NCBI GenBank assembly: GCA_025361765.1
Contig: JANYJS010000102.1
Location: 11,166 to 35,165 of the forward strand
Length of the DNA: 24,000 nt
From: Bacillota bacterium
GTDB lineage: Bacteria; Bacillota; Clostridia; Peptostreptococcales; Anaerovoracaceae
Direction of reading: 5' to 3'
Part shown: piece by piece, positions 1 to 9,246 of the stretch
Numbering within the stretch: the first letter of the stretch is position 1
Layout: each line of letters starts with the position of its first letter
Translations under genes and position numbers: made by a program
Notes under the pieces: model-generated
What the model saw: only the letters and a program-made list of their open reading frames with translations
What the model was told of the DNA's origin: nothing
The model's database searches: none

Positions 1-1560
1 GACTGCGGCCTTGCCTTTCCTGAAGATGAAATGCTTGGAATCGACATCGTTATCCCAGATTTTACTTATCTATTGAAAAACAGAGATAAAATACGCGGCA
101 TGGTTATTACCCATGGTCATGAAGACCATATTGGTGCAATCCCATACTTTTTAAAAGAGTTCAATATTCCAGTCTATGGCACCAAACTCACCTTAGGATT
201 AATTGGTAATAAACTTAAAGAACATGCTATCGCAGGAAATTTGATTACAATAACTCCTGGCAATATCTTTAAGCTTGGTGTATTTTCGATAGAGGCGATC
301 AGAACCACCCATTCAATTGCCGATTCAGTTTGTTTATCCATAGAAACACCTGCAGGAATCATATTTCACACGGGCGACTTTAAATTTGATTATACGCCGC
401 TTCATGGTCAACGCATGGATTTTCATAGACTTGCCGAATTAGGTAATAAAGGGGTTTTGCTGATGCTTGCTGATAGCACGAACTCAGAGCGAAAAGGATA
501 CACGGCCTCAGAAAAAACCGTTGGCATCGCATTGGAAAACATTTTCAGAGAAACTAAAGACAGAATTATCATTGCTACGTTTTCATCAAATGTTTATCGC
601 GTTCAAATTATTATTGATGCCGCAGTCAAGTATGGCCGCAAAATCGCTATATCTGGTCGCAGTATGGTAAATGTCATCAACGTGGCTACTGAACTTGGTT
701 ACCTGAACGTCCCAGAAAATGTCCTTGTTGATATCAATAAGACCAAGCATATTAAAGATGAAGAGCTGGTTATTATTACCACTGGCAGCCAAGGGGAACC
801 CATGTCCGCTTTGTCAAGAATGGCAGCAGGAGATCACAAAGCGATACAGATCAAAAAAGGAGACACGGTTATTTTATCATCAAGTCCCATACCGGGGAAT
901 GAGAAAACCATTTCAAACATATTGAATAAGCTTTTCGAAAAAGGTGCTGACGTGATTTACTCTGATATAGCCGATATTCATGTTTCTGGACATGCGTGTG
1001 AAGAAGAACTTAAATTAATGCATGCGCTCATAAAACCTAAATTTTTCATGCCGGTGCATGGAGAGTATAGACATCTGAGGCAACACGCTATAATTGCTCA
1101 GGATATGGGTTTGTCAAAGGAAAAAATATTTATTGTTAAGGTAGGTCAGGTCCTAAATCTCACGAAAAATAATGTTGTCGTCTCAAAGGAGACTGTAGTT
1201 TCCGGAAATGTCATGGTTGATGGTCTTGGCGTTGGAGATGTCGGAAATATTGTGCTAAGAGACAGAAAACTTCTTTCTGAAAGTGGGCTTATCATTGTGG
1301 TAGCTGCGGTTGAGCGTGGAACAGGAATTATTTGTTCTGGGCCGGATATCATTTCGAGGGGCTTTGTTTATGTGCGAGAATCCGAAGATTTGATAGATTC
1401 TGCTAGAAATGCCGTTAAAAACAGACTGGATCAATGCCAGTCAGACGGAATCAAGGATTGGTCTGCACTCAAAGGCGCAGTCAAAGATGAGCTTAGAAGT
1501 TTTATTTATGAGAAAACAAAGAGAAATCCGGTAATTCTTCCTATATTTTTGGAGGTATAA
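1..1560 (+). CDS. rnj: Ribonuclease J (metallo-beta-lactamase / beta-CASP RNase), 5' end truncated by the window edge
   Basis: The frame is open from nt 1 (DCGLAFPEDEMLGIDIVIPDF...). It carries the metallo-beta-lactamase motif HGHEDHIG. Length and C-terminal domain are typical of Firmicutes RNase J. The ATG at 31 in the track is internal. Confidence 0.9.
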   Translation, partial: DCGLAFPEDEMLGIDIVIPDFTYLLKNRDKIRGMVITHGHEDHIGAIPYFLKEFNIPVYGTKLTLGLIGNKLKEHAIAGNLITITPGNIFKLGVFSIEAIRTTHSIADSVCLSIETPAGIIFHTGDFKFDYTPLHGQRMDFHRLAELGNKGVLLMLADSTNSERKGYTASEKTVGIALENIFRETKDRIIIATFSSNVYRVQIIIDAAVKYGRKIAISGRSMVNVINVATELGYLNVPENVLVDINKTKHIKDEELVIITTGSQGEPMSALSRMAAGDHKAIQIKKGDTVILSSSPIPGNEKTISNILNKLFEKGADVIYSDIADIHVSGHACEEELKLMHALIKPKFFMPVHGEYRHLRQHAIIAQDMGLSKEKIFIVKVGQVLNLTKNNVVVSKETVVSGNVMVDGLGVGDVGNIVLRDRKLLSESGLIIVVAAVERGTGIICSGPDIISRGFVYVRESEDLIDSARNAVKNRLDQCQSDGIKDWSALKGAVKDELRSFIYEKTKRNPVILPIFLEV

Positions 1561-1563
1561 GCT

Positions 1564-1899
1564 ATGAATGTTTATGATAAGGCTCACGATTTAGCCAGAT
1601 CCCTAAAAGAATCACAGGAATACAAGGAGTATGCTAAGATTAAGGCAGAAGTATCCTTAAACCCTGATCTCAGTGAAATGCTGAATGATTTTCAAGAAAA
1701 ACAATATGCCCTTCAAGCGCAACAGATGATGGGTCAAGATTTTACGCCAGGCATGATGGAACAAGTGCAGGAACTCATGCAGATTATCATGCGTGATCCT
1801 TTAGCTGCGCAATATGTTCAGGCACAAATGATATTTTCGAAGCTGGTAGCTGACATTTATGGCATATTAGGGGAGGTCATCAAATTTGATCAAGACTAA
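1564..1899 (+). CDS. YlbF/YmcA (UPF0342) family helical protein
   Basis: 111 aa, helical and Gln/Met-rich (MNVYDKAHDLARSLKESQEYKEY...), resembling YlbF/YmcA/YheA-type proteins. It starts 3 nt after the rnj stop. No Cys residues are present. Confidence 0.55.
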   Translation: MNVYDKAHDLARSLKESQEYKEYAKIKAEVSLNPDLSEMLNDFQEKQYALQAQQMMGQDFTPGMMEQVQELMQIIMRDPLAAQYVQAQMIFSKLVADIYGILGEVIKFDQD

Positions 1900-2968
1900 C
1901 GCAATTTACCAAAATAGAATTCAAAAGGTTAAAACAGCCGCAAATGAAAAGAATGTCAAATCATTTTGGATTACGAAGCCAGAAAACAAGTTTTATGTTT
2001 CCGGTTTTCAATCATCTAATTATTTTATTTTGCTCACTGAAGACAGGAATTATTTGTTGACTGATTTCCGCTATATCGAAAGCGCCAGTCGTCTAAAAGA
2101 TACTTTTGAGATTGTTTTGATTTCAAATGAATTTACGCCTTGTGACTTTTTAAGGGATCATGGGGAAATTGGCCTTGGGATTGAATATAAAAGCATCACC
2201 TTTGATTTTTATAATGACATTATAGAGAAATCGGCCATAAAGGAAGTGCTTCCTGCGGACAATATCATTGAAAAAATTAGAATGATCAAAGAACCTGAAG
2301 AGCTCTTAAAAATCAAACAAGCTGCAGAGATAGCAAATCAGGGATTTTACCATATGTTGAATTATATTGAAACTGGTTTAACAGAAAAAGAAATCGCGTT
2401 TGAACTTGAATTTTTCATGAAAAGAAATGGCGCAGATGACCTGGCTTTTGACTCAATTGTCGCATCTGGGGAAAGAGGCTCCTTTCCACATGCAATGCCA
2501 ACGGACAGAAAAATTCAAAAGGGCGAATTCATTACTCTTGATTTTGGCGCAAAGGTTCAGGGATACTGTTCAGATATGACACGTACAATTGGCATTGGTC
2601 CATTAAGCGCCAAGCAAAAAGACATATATGCTTTGGTTTTGGAAGCGCAAATAAAATCTCTTTCTCAGCTTAAGGTTGGCCTCAAAACCTCAGATATCGA
2701 TAAAATTGCAAGGACTATTATAACCGATGCCGGTTATGGAGCCTATTTTGGTCATGGTCTTGGACATGGTGTTGGTCTTGAAATTCATGAAGCACCAACT
2801 TTGAATCCCTCAAGCGCTGAAGTTCTTGACCATAATATGGTTGTCACTATAGAGCCTGGCATCTATTTGCCTGGCGATTTTGGCCTTAGAATCGAAGACT
2901 TGGCAGTTGTTACGAATTCTGATATAATCACTCTGTCATCGGTTGAAAAAGAATTAATCATTCTTTAA
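1886..2968 (+). CDS. M24B family Xaa-Pro aminopeptidase/dipeptidase
   Basis: Creatinase-like N-domain plus a pita-bread fold, with metal ligands in DFGA...D...HGLGHGVGLEIHE...EPG...RIED. TTG start at 1886 lies 8 nt after GGGGAGG. It sits directly upstream of efp, as in Bacillus (yqhT-efp). Confidence 0.85.
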   Translation: MIKTNAIYQNRIQKVKTAANEKNVKSFWITKPENKFYVSGFQSSNYFILLTEDRNYLLTDFRYIESASRLKDTFEIVLISNEFTPCDFLRDHGEIGLGIEYKSITFDFYNDIIEKSAIKEVLPADNIIEKIRMIKEPEELLKIKQAAEIANQGFYHMLNYIETGLTEKEIAFELEFFMKRNGADDLAFDSIVASGERGSFPHAMPTDRKIQKGEFITLDFGAKVQGYCSDMTRTIGIGPLSAKQKDIYALVLEAQIKSLSQLKVGLKTSDIDKIARTIITDAGYGAYFGHGLGHGVGLEIHEAPTLNPSSAEVLDHNMVVTIEPGIYLPGDFGLRIEDLAVVTNSDIITLSSVEKELIIL

Positions 2969-3000
2969 GATAGTAAATAATTTAGTCGGAGGTATAAAAA

Positions 3001-3561
3001 ATGGTTTACGCAAGTGATTTCAGGAAGGGAATTACATTTCAGATAAATGGGGAGCCGCATGTTGTTCTTGATTTTCAGCATGTTAAGCCAGGAAAGGGCG
3101 CCGCTTTTGTGAGAACGAAATATAGGAATATTCTTACTGGAGCAACCCGTGAGGAAGCTTTCAACCCAAATGATAAATTTCCCAAGGCTCATATCGAGAC
3201 AAAAACAATGCAATATTTATATAATGATGGTGAACTATATTATTTCATGGATCAAGAAACCTTCGATCAAGTTCCAATTATGCAGGAGCAAGTTGAAGAC
3301 GCCATTCTTTATTTAAGAGAAAATGATCTTGCAACTATTAAGTTTTATAAGGGCAATGCGTTTCTGGTTGAGCCGCCAAACCTCGTTAATCTGAAAGTCA
3401 CAGAAACTGAACCCGGGGTAAAGGGCGACACTGCCAATAACGTAACCAAAGCAGCAACGGTTGAGACCGGAGCGGTACTGCAGGTGCCGATTTTTATCCA
3501 AGAAGGCGAAATCATAGCTATTGATACGAGAACCGGAGAATATTTATCAAGAGCAAAATAA
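3001..3561 (+). CDS. efp: Translation elongation factor P
   Basis: 186 aa with the loop [13 protein letters not shown] carrying the conserved Lys. RBS GGAGGT lies upstream. The similarity to EF-P runs the full length. Confidence 0.95.
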   Translation: MVYASDFRKGITFQINGEPHVVLDFQHVKPGKGAAFVRTKYRNILTGATREEAFNPNDKFPKAHIETKTMQYLYNDGELYYFMDQETFDQVPIMQEQVEDAILYLRENDLATIKFYKGNAFLVEPPNLVNLKVTETEPGVKGDTANNVTKAATVETGAVLQVPIFIQEGEIIAIDTRTGEYLSRAK

Positions 3562-3576
3562 TGATAAAAGTTCACA

Positions 3577-3614
3577 AGATTTCGCAAAACATTAGTATTG
3601 CGAAATCTTTTTAT
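3577..3614 (+). terminator. Rho-independent terminator after efp
   Basis: An 11-bp perfect stem, AGATTTCGCAA (3577-3587) with TTGCGAAATCT (3598-3608), has a 10-nt loop and is followed by TTTTATT. Confidence 0.8.
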
Positions 3615-3666
3615 TAAAACTATTTGCTGCTCGTTAAAAGGTTTAAATTTGAAATGAGGAAGTCCT

Positions 3667-4704
3667 ATGACTAAAAAAACAAAATCACGGGAAAAACATA
3701 AATTATTTATAAGCCTAGTTCTGATTGTCATACTGGCGATCACAGCCTTAGCCGTATTATCAAGCTATTTAGCCAGCACCAACAGTCCTGTTAACGCCGC
3801 AAATTCAGAAGTAATTAATGTTGAAATTCCAAAAGGAAGTTCAACTAAAAAAATCGCATCTATTCTTTTGGAAAACCAATTAACAAAGTCCGTATCAGCG
3901 TTTAAATTACAGTCGAGAATAAAAGGTTATGACGGGACTTACAAATCTGGCTTCTACAGGTTGTCGCAAAGTATGTCTATGGAGGAAATTATGATCGCTT
4001 TGCAAAAGGGAACAGCAGTAACAGTTCGTTTCACCATACCGGAAGGATTTGACTTGAAAAAAATTACTGAAAGATTGGCTAGCGAAAACCTTATAAACCC
4101 CGAAAAATTCTCGCTTCAAGTGGAACAAGGCGTCTTCGATTATAAATTTTTAAAAGATGCTCCGGCTGGCAAAGAAAGGTTAGAAGGTTATCTTTATCCT
4201 GACACCTATGAGGTGTTTCCAGATTCGAGCGAAGAGCAAATTATAAATAAAATGCTTTTAAGATTTAACCAGGTTTTCACAGATGCTTATTATGCTCGTG
4301 CAAAGGAACTTGGCATGAGCGTGGGCGAAGTTATGACTCTAGCATCAATCATTGAGCGAGAGGCCATTATTCCTGAAGACAGAGCAATTATCTCAAGCGT
4401 ATTTCACAATAGGCTTAAGATTAAGATGCCCTTACAATCTTGTGCAACTGTACAGTTTATTTTAGGAGATCAAAAGGCAAAATTAACCAATAAGGATATC
4501 GCCATTGATTCGCCTTATAATACGTACATTATCAATGGTCTTCCGCCAGGGCCCATTTGCTCACCTGGCGTTGCTTCTATTGAAGCAGCTTTATACCCGG
4601 AAGATACGAACTATCTCTATTTCCTGGCCAAAGGCGATGGGAGCAGCGTTTTTTCCGTAACTTATGAGGATTTCTTAAAAAACAAGGATGCCTATATCAA
4701 TTAA
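3667..4704 (+). CDS. mltG: Endolytic murein transglycosylase MltG (YceG-like)
   Basis: N-terminal TM anchor (LFISLVLIVILAITALAVL) and a YceG domain with the conserved IIEREA catalytic Glu region and the LPPGPICSPG motif. Confidence 0.9.
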   Translation: MTKKTKSREKHKLFISLVLIVILAITALAVLSSYLASTNSPVNAANSEVINVEIPKGSSTKKIASILLENQLTKSVSAFKLQSRIKGYDGTYKSGFYRLSQSMSMEEIMIALQKGTAVTVRFTIPEGFDLKKITERLASENLINPEKFSLQVEQGVFDYKFLKDAPAGKERLEGYLYPDTYEVFPDSSEEQIINKMLLRFNQVFTDAYYARAKELGMSVGEVMTLASIIEREAIIPEDRAIISSVFHNRLKIKMPLQSCATVQFILGDQKAKLTNKDIAIDSPYNTYIINGLPPGPICSPGVASIEAALYPEDTNYLYFLAKGDGSSVFSVTYEDFLKNKDAYIN

Positions 4705-4746
4705 ATCTCCGGTATCACTGCCGTTAAACTCATATAAAGGTGAACA

Positions 4747-5391
4747 ATGAGCAACATAACTAACGAGAAAGTGCTGCATTACATTGATGAACTCTATAGG
4801 CCATCAAATAAAATGCTTTCAAATTTACGAATAGCAGCTGAAAAAAGGGATATCCCGATAATGACCCGGGATGCTGAGATGATGATGGAATCAATCATCA
4901 GAATGAGCAGACCCAAAATGGTTTTAGAGCTGGGAACTGCAATTGGTTATTCTGCTATATTTTTTGCAGCAACAGATCCGAATTTGACCATAACAACTCT
5001 GGAAATCAGCGATAAAATGGTTGATGAAGCTATTGCTAATATTCAAGAGGCGGGATTTTCAGAACGTATCGACGTACAAAAAGGGGACGCTGCTGAACTT
5101 TTGACAAAGATCACTCAAAAGTTTGATCTCATATTTATTGACGCAGCCAAGGGTCATTACAAACAATTCTTTAACCAATGTTTAAACCTTGCAAAGCCGG
5201 GCACTATCATCGTATCTGACAATATTCTTTATAAAGGTATTACCGCCTGTGATTCATTTTTGGAAAGCAGAAGAAATAAGACCATCATGAGGCGCATGAG
5301 GGAGTATTTGACATATATCACCCATCTTGATGGGGTGCAGACCTCCGTTCTACCTGTTGGAGATGGCATCGCAATAAGTATTATTAAATAG
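4747..5391 (+). CDS. trmR: Class I SAM-dependent O-methyltransferase (family 3, YrrM/TrmR-like; candidate tRNA ho5U methyltransferase)
   Basis: SAM-binding motif VLELGTAIGYSA and an acidic loop FIDAAK. Its position after mltG and before a U32 gene matches the Bacillus yrrL-yrrM-yrrN/O order. Confidence 0.7.
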   Translation: MSNITNEKVLHYIDELYRPSNKMLSNLRIAAEKRDIPIMTRDAEMMMESIIRMSRPKMVLELGTAIGYSAIFFAATDPNLTITTLEISDKMVDEAIANIQEAGFSERIDVQKGDAAELLTKITQKFDLIFIDAAKGHYKQFFNQCLNLAKPGTIIVSDNILYKGITACDSFLESRRNKTIMRRMREYLTYITHLDGVQTSVLPVGDGIAISIIK

Positions 5392-5403
5392 AGGTTAAAT
5401 GAC

Positions 5404-6651
5404 ATGGGAAAAATAGAGCTACTCGCCCCAGCTGGAGATCTTGAAAAGCTTAAAATAGCCATTGATTATGGCGCGGATGCTGTGTATTTTGGTGGCGAGA
5501 TGTTTGGTCTGCGTTCTGGCGCAAAAAATTTTACAATTGAAGATATTCGCGATGGCGTCGACTATACCCACAAATATGGGCGGAAGATTTATATGGCTAT
5601 CAATATATTTGCCCACAATGAGGATATTCACCTTTTGGAAGATTATCTTTTGAGTCTTAAAGGGATTCCAATAGATGCCTTTATTGTATCAGATCCTGGT
5701 ATTTATTTGTCCATAAAGGCTAAGCTTCCAGAAGCTGAAATTCATTTGAGTACTCAGGCAAACACGACCAATTATAAAGCTGCAGAGTTCTGGCACAGTC
5801 AGGGCATTAAACGCATTGTACTGGCCAGAGAATTATCTCTTGATGAAATCACTGAGCTTCGTGTCAACACATCACCTCAACTTGAAATAGAAGCGTTCGT
5901 TCAGGGTGCCATGTGCATCTCGTATTCAGGCAGATGTCTCATGAGCAATATCATGACAGATCGGGATGCAAACAGGGGAGAATGTTCACACCCATGCCGA
6001 TGGCAGTATCACTTAGTTGAAGAAAAAAGGCCAGGAGAGTATTTCCCTATATTTGAAGATGAACGCGGTAGCTACGTCTTTAATTCAAAAGATCTATGTA
6101 TGCTGGAATTCATACCGGAGCTCATCAATGCTGGGTTGACTTCGGCTAAAATAGAAGGGCGGATGAAAAGTGTTTTCTATGTTGCGACTGTTGTTGGGGC
6201 ATATCGTAAAGCTATAGATAGTTATTACCAAAATCCAGAATCCTATCGATTTGACCAAAATCTCTTGACTGAGCTTAAAAAGGTGAGTCATAGAAATTTC
6301 ACAACTGGATTTTACTTTAATAAACCATCAAATGAAGATCAAAATTATCAAACCAGCAGTTATACGAGAGAATATGATTTTCTTGGCATTGTAAAGTCTT
6401 ATGACGACGAAAATAGGCTTGCCACTATTGAGCAAAGAAATAGAATTTTTGTCGGTGATCAGATTGAAATTATTGGCCCTTATACGGATTATTTCGACCA
6501 GACAGTAGAAATGATGCTTAATCCAGAAGGTGAACATATAGATTCAGCGCCCCATGCTCAGCAAATAATCCAAATAAAAATGAACAAACCCGTAAAGGAA
6601 AATTTCATGTTAAGAAAGCTTCACGTGAAGGAGGTTCACAATGAACAGTAA
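5404..6651 (+). CDS. Peptidase U32 family protein (YrrO/TrhP-like Fe-S protein; candidate O2-independent tRNA hydroxylase)
   Basis: U32 N-terminus MGKIELLAPAGDLEKLKIAIDYGADAVYFGG. A four-Cys motif C171-x6-C178-x15-C194-x3-C198 (nt 5914-5997) matches the Fe-S motif reported for U32 hydroxylases. Confidence 0.85.
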   Translation: MGKIELLAPAGDLEKLKIAIDYGADAVYFGGEMFGLRSGAKNFTIEDIRDGVDYTHKYGRKIYMAINIFAHNEDIHLLEDYLLSLKGIPIDAFIVSDPGIYLSIKAKLPEAEIHLSTQANTTNYKAAEFWHSQGIKRIVLARELSLDEITELRVNTSPQLEIEAFVQGAMCISYSGRCLMSNIMTDRDANRGECSHPCRWQYHLVEEKRPGEYFPIFEDERGSYVFNSKDLCMLEFIPELINAGLTSAKIEGRMKSVFYVATVVGAYRKAIDSYYQNPESYRFDQNLLTELKKVSHRNFTTGFYFNKPSNEDQNYQTSSYTREYDFLGIVKSYDDENRLATIEQRNRIFVGDQIEIIGPYTDYFDQTVEMMLNPEGEHIDSAPHAQQIIQIKMNKPVKENFMLRKLHVKEVHNEQ

Positions 6652-8158
6652 TGATGACATTAAAATCGAAGAAATTATTAATTCCGACAAACTTCAATAT
6701 CATGAAAAAAGAGCCAATCTTGCAAGAGAAGCTGAAAATCTTCTTAGCTATGTTGATGTGAGCGATCAAGTAAAAAGTGCCATGAAGTCCGGCATCCTTC
6801 ACGATATGAATGAGGGGAATAGACCTTATAGGCCAAGATATATTCTTCCTGATTATAAAAAATTTCTCGAGCAAGGCAGCGCTTATCTTAATATTGAACC
6901 ACCAAAGGATTTTTATGAAGCAGTGAATGCACTGTTGATTCTTTACCGTTATGTCCCTTCTATAACGGGTTATCCTGTTTATGTAGGACAGATTGATGAC
7001 TGTCTTGAACCCTTTGCCGATACAGTTACACCAATTGAGCTTGAGAAACTGATGCGCATGCTCTTAATCAATATTGATCGTACTTTACCCAGCGCTTTTG
7101 TGCATATGAATATTGGCCCCAAAGAAACGAGAGTAGGAAGACTCGTTATTCAACTCGAACGCGAGTTGAAAAAGACGATCCCGAACGTATCCTTAAAATA
7201 CGATCCGGATATCACGCCAGATGACTTCGCAAAGTATGCCATAGAATCAGCGCTGGATGTCATTAAGCCTTACTTTGTCAATCATAGACTCATGTCTTCA
7301 CAGCTCGGGGATGACTATGGTGTTGTCAGTTGTTATAACACGCTTAGAATAGGCGGTGGAGCGCATACCCTATGCCGGATAAATTTAAAGGAAATCTCAA
7401 AATCCGCAGAGAACTATAATGATTTCAAAGAAAACAAGTTGAAAGATGCCGTGATTGCATTAGCAGAATTGACAAATGCAAAGACAAAATATCTTGTTGA
7501 AAAATCTCGCTTTTTCGAGTCTAGTTTCCTTGCTAACGAAGGGATTATTGATTTAGAAAAATTTACGACTATGCCAGCAGTCTATGGCTTGTATGAATGC
7601 GTTGAAATTTTATCCGGAGAAAAAATGGGTCATTCCGAGATGGCAAACAGTATGGCAGAAGAAATCGTAAAATTATTCTATGATTACATTAAATCTGAAC
7701 CAGCAGTATATTGCGGCGGTACCGAGGGTAAACATGGCGTGCATGCCCAAAGCAATATAGACACAGATGTTGACGTTACGCCTGGTGTGCGAATTAAGTA
7801 TGGCGAAGAGCCTGGTGTTTTCGACCATATGCTCTTATCCAGCAAACTGCACAAATATTTTGATACAGGCTGTAGTGATATCTATGTTTTTGAAGAGACA
7901 GCTAAGGGCAATATCGATGGCATGCTCGAAATTATCAAAGGTGCTATTAAAAACGGAATCCGAATTTTATCAGTCAACTGTGAAAGTTCGGAATTTATAA
8001 GGATCACCGGATATTTAGTCAAGAAAAAAGATATAGAGCGATATTTTAATGGGGGTTTACTGCGAGAGGACTCTGTTGTATTAGGCGCCGAATCATTGAT
8101 GCCAGGGCATTTATTGGATAGAAAGGTCAAAGGACTTAATGGAAGCGTCAGTAAATAG
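6641..8158 (+). CDS. yjjI: Short glycyl radical enzyme, YjjI family-like (function unknown)
   Basis: 505 aa. A glycyl-radical-like C-terminal motif FIRITGYLV places Gly457 at nt 8009-8011, and a candidate thiyl Cys231 (VVSCYN) lies at 7331-7333. A GRE activase follows immediately with a 20-nt overlap. RBS GAAGGAGG precedes ATG 6641. The family call is from recollection of YjjI and has not been searched. Confidence 0.7.
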   Translation: MNSNDDIKIEEIINSDKLQYHEKRANLAREAENLLSYVDVSDQVKSAMKSGILHDMNEGNRPYRPRYILPDYKKFLEQGSAYLNIEPPKDFYEAVNALLILYRYVPSITGYPVYVGQIDDCLEPFADTVTPIELEKLMRMLLINIDRTLPSAFVHMNIGPKETRVGRLVIQLERELKKTIPNVSLKYDPDITPDDFAKYAIESALDVIKPYFVNHRLMSSQLGDDYGVVSCYNTLRIGGGAHTLCRINLKEISKSAENYNDFKENKLKDAVIALAELTNAKTKYLVEKSRFFESSFLANEGIIDLEKFTTMPAVYGLYECVEILSGEKMGHSEMANSMAEEIVKLFYDYIKSEPAVYCGGTEGKHGVHAQSNIDTDVDVTPGVRIKYGEEPGVFDHMLLSSKLHKYFDTGCSDIYVFEETAKGNIDGMLEIIKGAIKNGIRILSVNCESSEFIRITGYLVKKKDIERYFNGGLLREDSVVLGAESLMPGHLLDRKVKGLNGSVSK

Positions 8159-8861
8159 AATTATCCAATCTTCATTGGTAGATGGTCCTGGTAGCAGAAC
8201 TGTCATATTTATGCAAGGTTGCAACATGTCCTGTCTTTATTGCCATAACCCTGAAACCCAAAATGCAAGCCCAAAAGCAAAGCATTATAGCTTGGAAGAG
8301 CTCTTTGATTTAATCGAAAAACATCAGGATTTCATCGAAGGCGTTACATTTTCAGGCGGCGAATGCACCCTTCAGCATGAGTTTATTATCGCATTCTATA
8401 AACTACTTCATGAGCGCACTAAACTGACTTTGTTCCTTGATACTAATGGCCTAGTATCAAGCGACATAATGATTGATTTAATAAATCATTCTGACGGCCT
8501 TATGATTGATTTAAAGGCTTTTAGCCAAGATTGCCATCGTGCGTTAACCTATACCGACAATAGCGCTGTGAAGGAGAATATTAGGCTAGCCGCACAGAGT
8601 GGAAAATTGCATGAAGTACGTTTAACCCTCGTCGAAGATTTTAATGATGATCCTGATGAACTTAGCGCCTATTTCGATTTTGTCTTAGCTTTGCCGGGAG
8701 ATACAAGACTGAAGATCATTCCATACAGTCCATTCGGTGTCAAGGGCAGTTTCGGCCATAAGAGAGCGTATCCAAAAGAAAAATACGACTTGCTTGTTGC
8801 AATGGGGCAGCGCATATTAAAAGACAGAGTTCTAAAAGTCTGGTATAATTGGAGGAAATAA
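8139..8861 (+). CDS. yjjW: Glycyl radical enzyme activating protein (radical SAM, YjjW/PflA-like)
   Basis: Activase N-terminal signature VDGPGSRTVIFMQGCNMSCLYCHNPET, with CX3CX2C at nt 8220-8243. At 240 aa it has no extra ferredoxin insert. Confidence 0.85.
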   Translation: MEASVNRIIQSSLVDGPGSRTVIFMQGCNMSCLYCHNPETQNASPKAKHYSLEELFDLIEKHQDFIEGVTFSGGECTLQHEFIIAFYKLLHERTKLTLFLDTNGLVSSDIMIDLINHSDGLMIDLKAFSQDCHRALTYTDNSAVKENIRLAAQSGKLHEVRLTLVEDFNDDPDELSAYFDFVLALPGDTRLKIIPYSPFGVKGSFGHKRAYPKEKYDLLVAMGQRILKDRVLKVWYNWRK

Positions 8862-8862
8862 T

Positions 8863-9222
8863 ATGAATAATGAGGAAAAAATCGGGAGTGTTAAAATAGC
8901 CGATGACGTAATAGCCACTTGTGCAATGAATGCAACAACTAAAACAGAAGGCGTTGCCGATTTGAGCGCTGGAATAACCGATACCATTTCTAAAAACATT
9001 TTGGGTAAAACATCGCTTTCAAAAGGGATAAAAATCCTTCAAGAAGAGCAGGGGATTACTGTTGATGTCCATATTGTTGTCGACTATGGTGTAAAAATAC
9101 CAGAAGTTGCGTGGAATGTTCAAGAGAATGTTAAAAAGGAAATTGAAAGCATAACTGGTTTAAAAATCAAATCGGTCAATATCTTTGTTCAAGGGGTTAG
9201 CTTTGAAAAGAATGCAGAATAG
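8863..9222 (+). CDS. Asp23/Gls24 family envelope stress protein
   Basis: 119 aa (GSVKIADDVIATCAMNATTKTEGVADL...). It lies directly upstream of nusB, as Bacillus yqhY does. RBS GGAGGA is present. Confidence 0.85.
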   Translation: MNNEEKIGSVKIADDVIATCAMNATTKTEGVADLSAGITDTISKNILGKTSLSKGIKILQEEQGITVDVHIVVDYGVKIPEVAWNVQENVKKEIESITGLKIKSVNIFVQGVSFEKNAE

Positions 9223-9246
9223 AAGAATTTGGAGGGCACAATTCAT

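Noticed and set aside
3345-3743. 132-aa minus-strand ORF spanning the efp 3' end, the terminator and the mltG start
   Set aside because: It is antisense to two well-supported genes and crosses a terminator hairpin. It has no RBS and no recognisable domain, so it is a typical shadow ORF.
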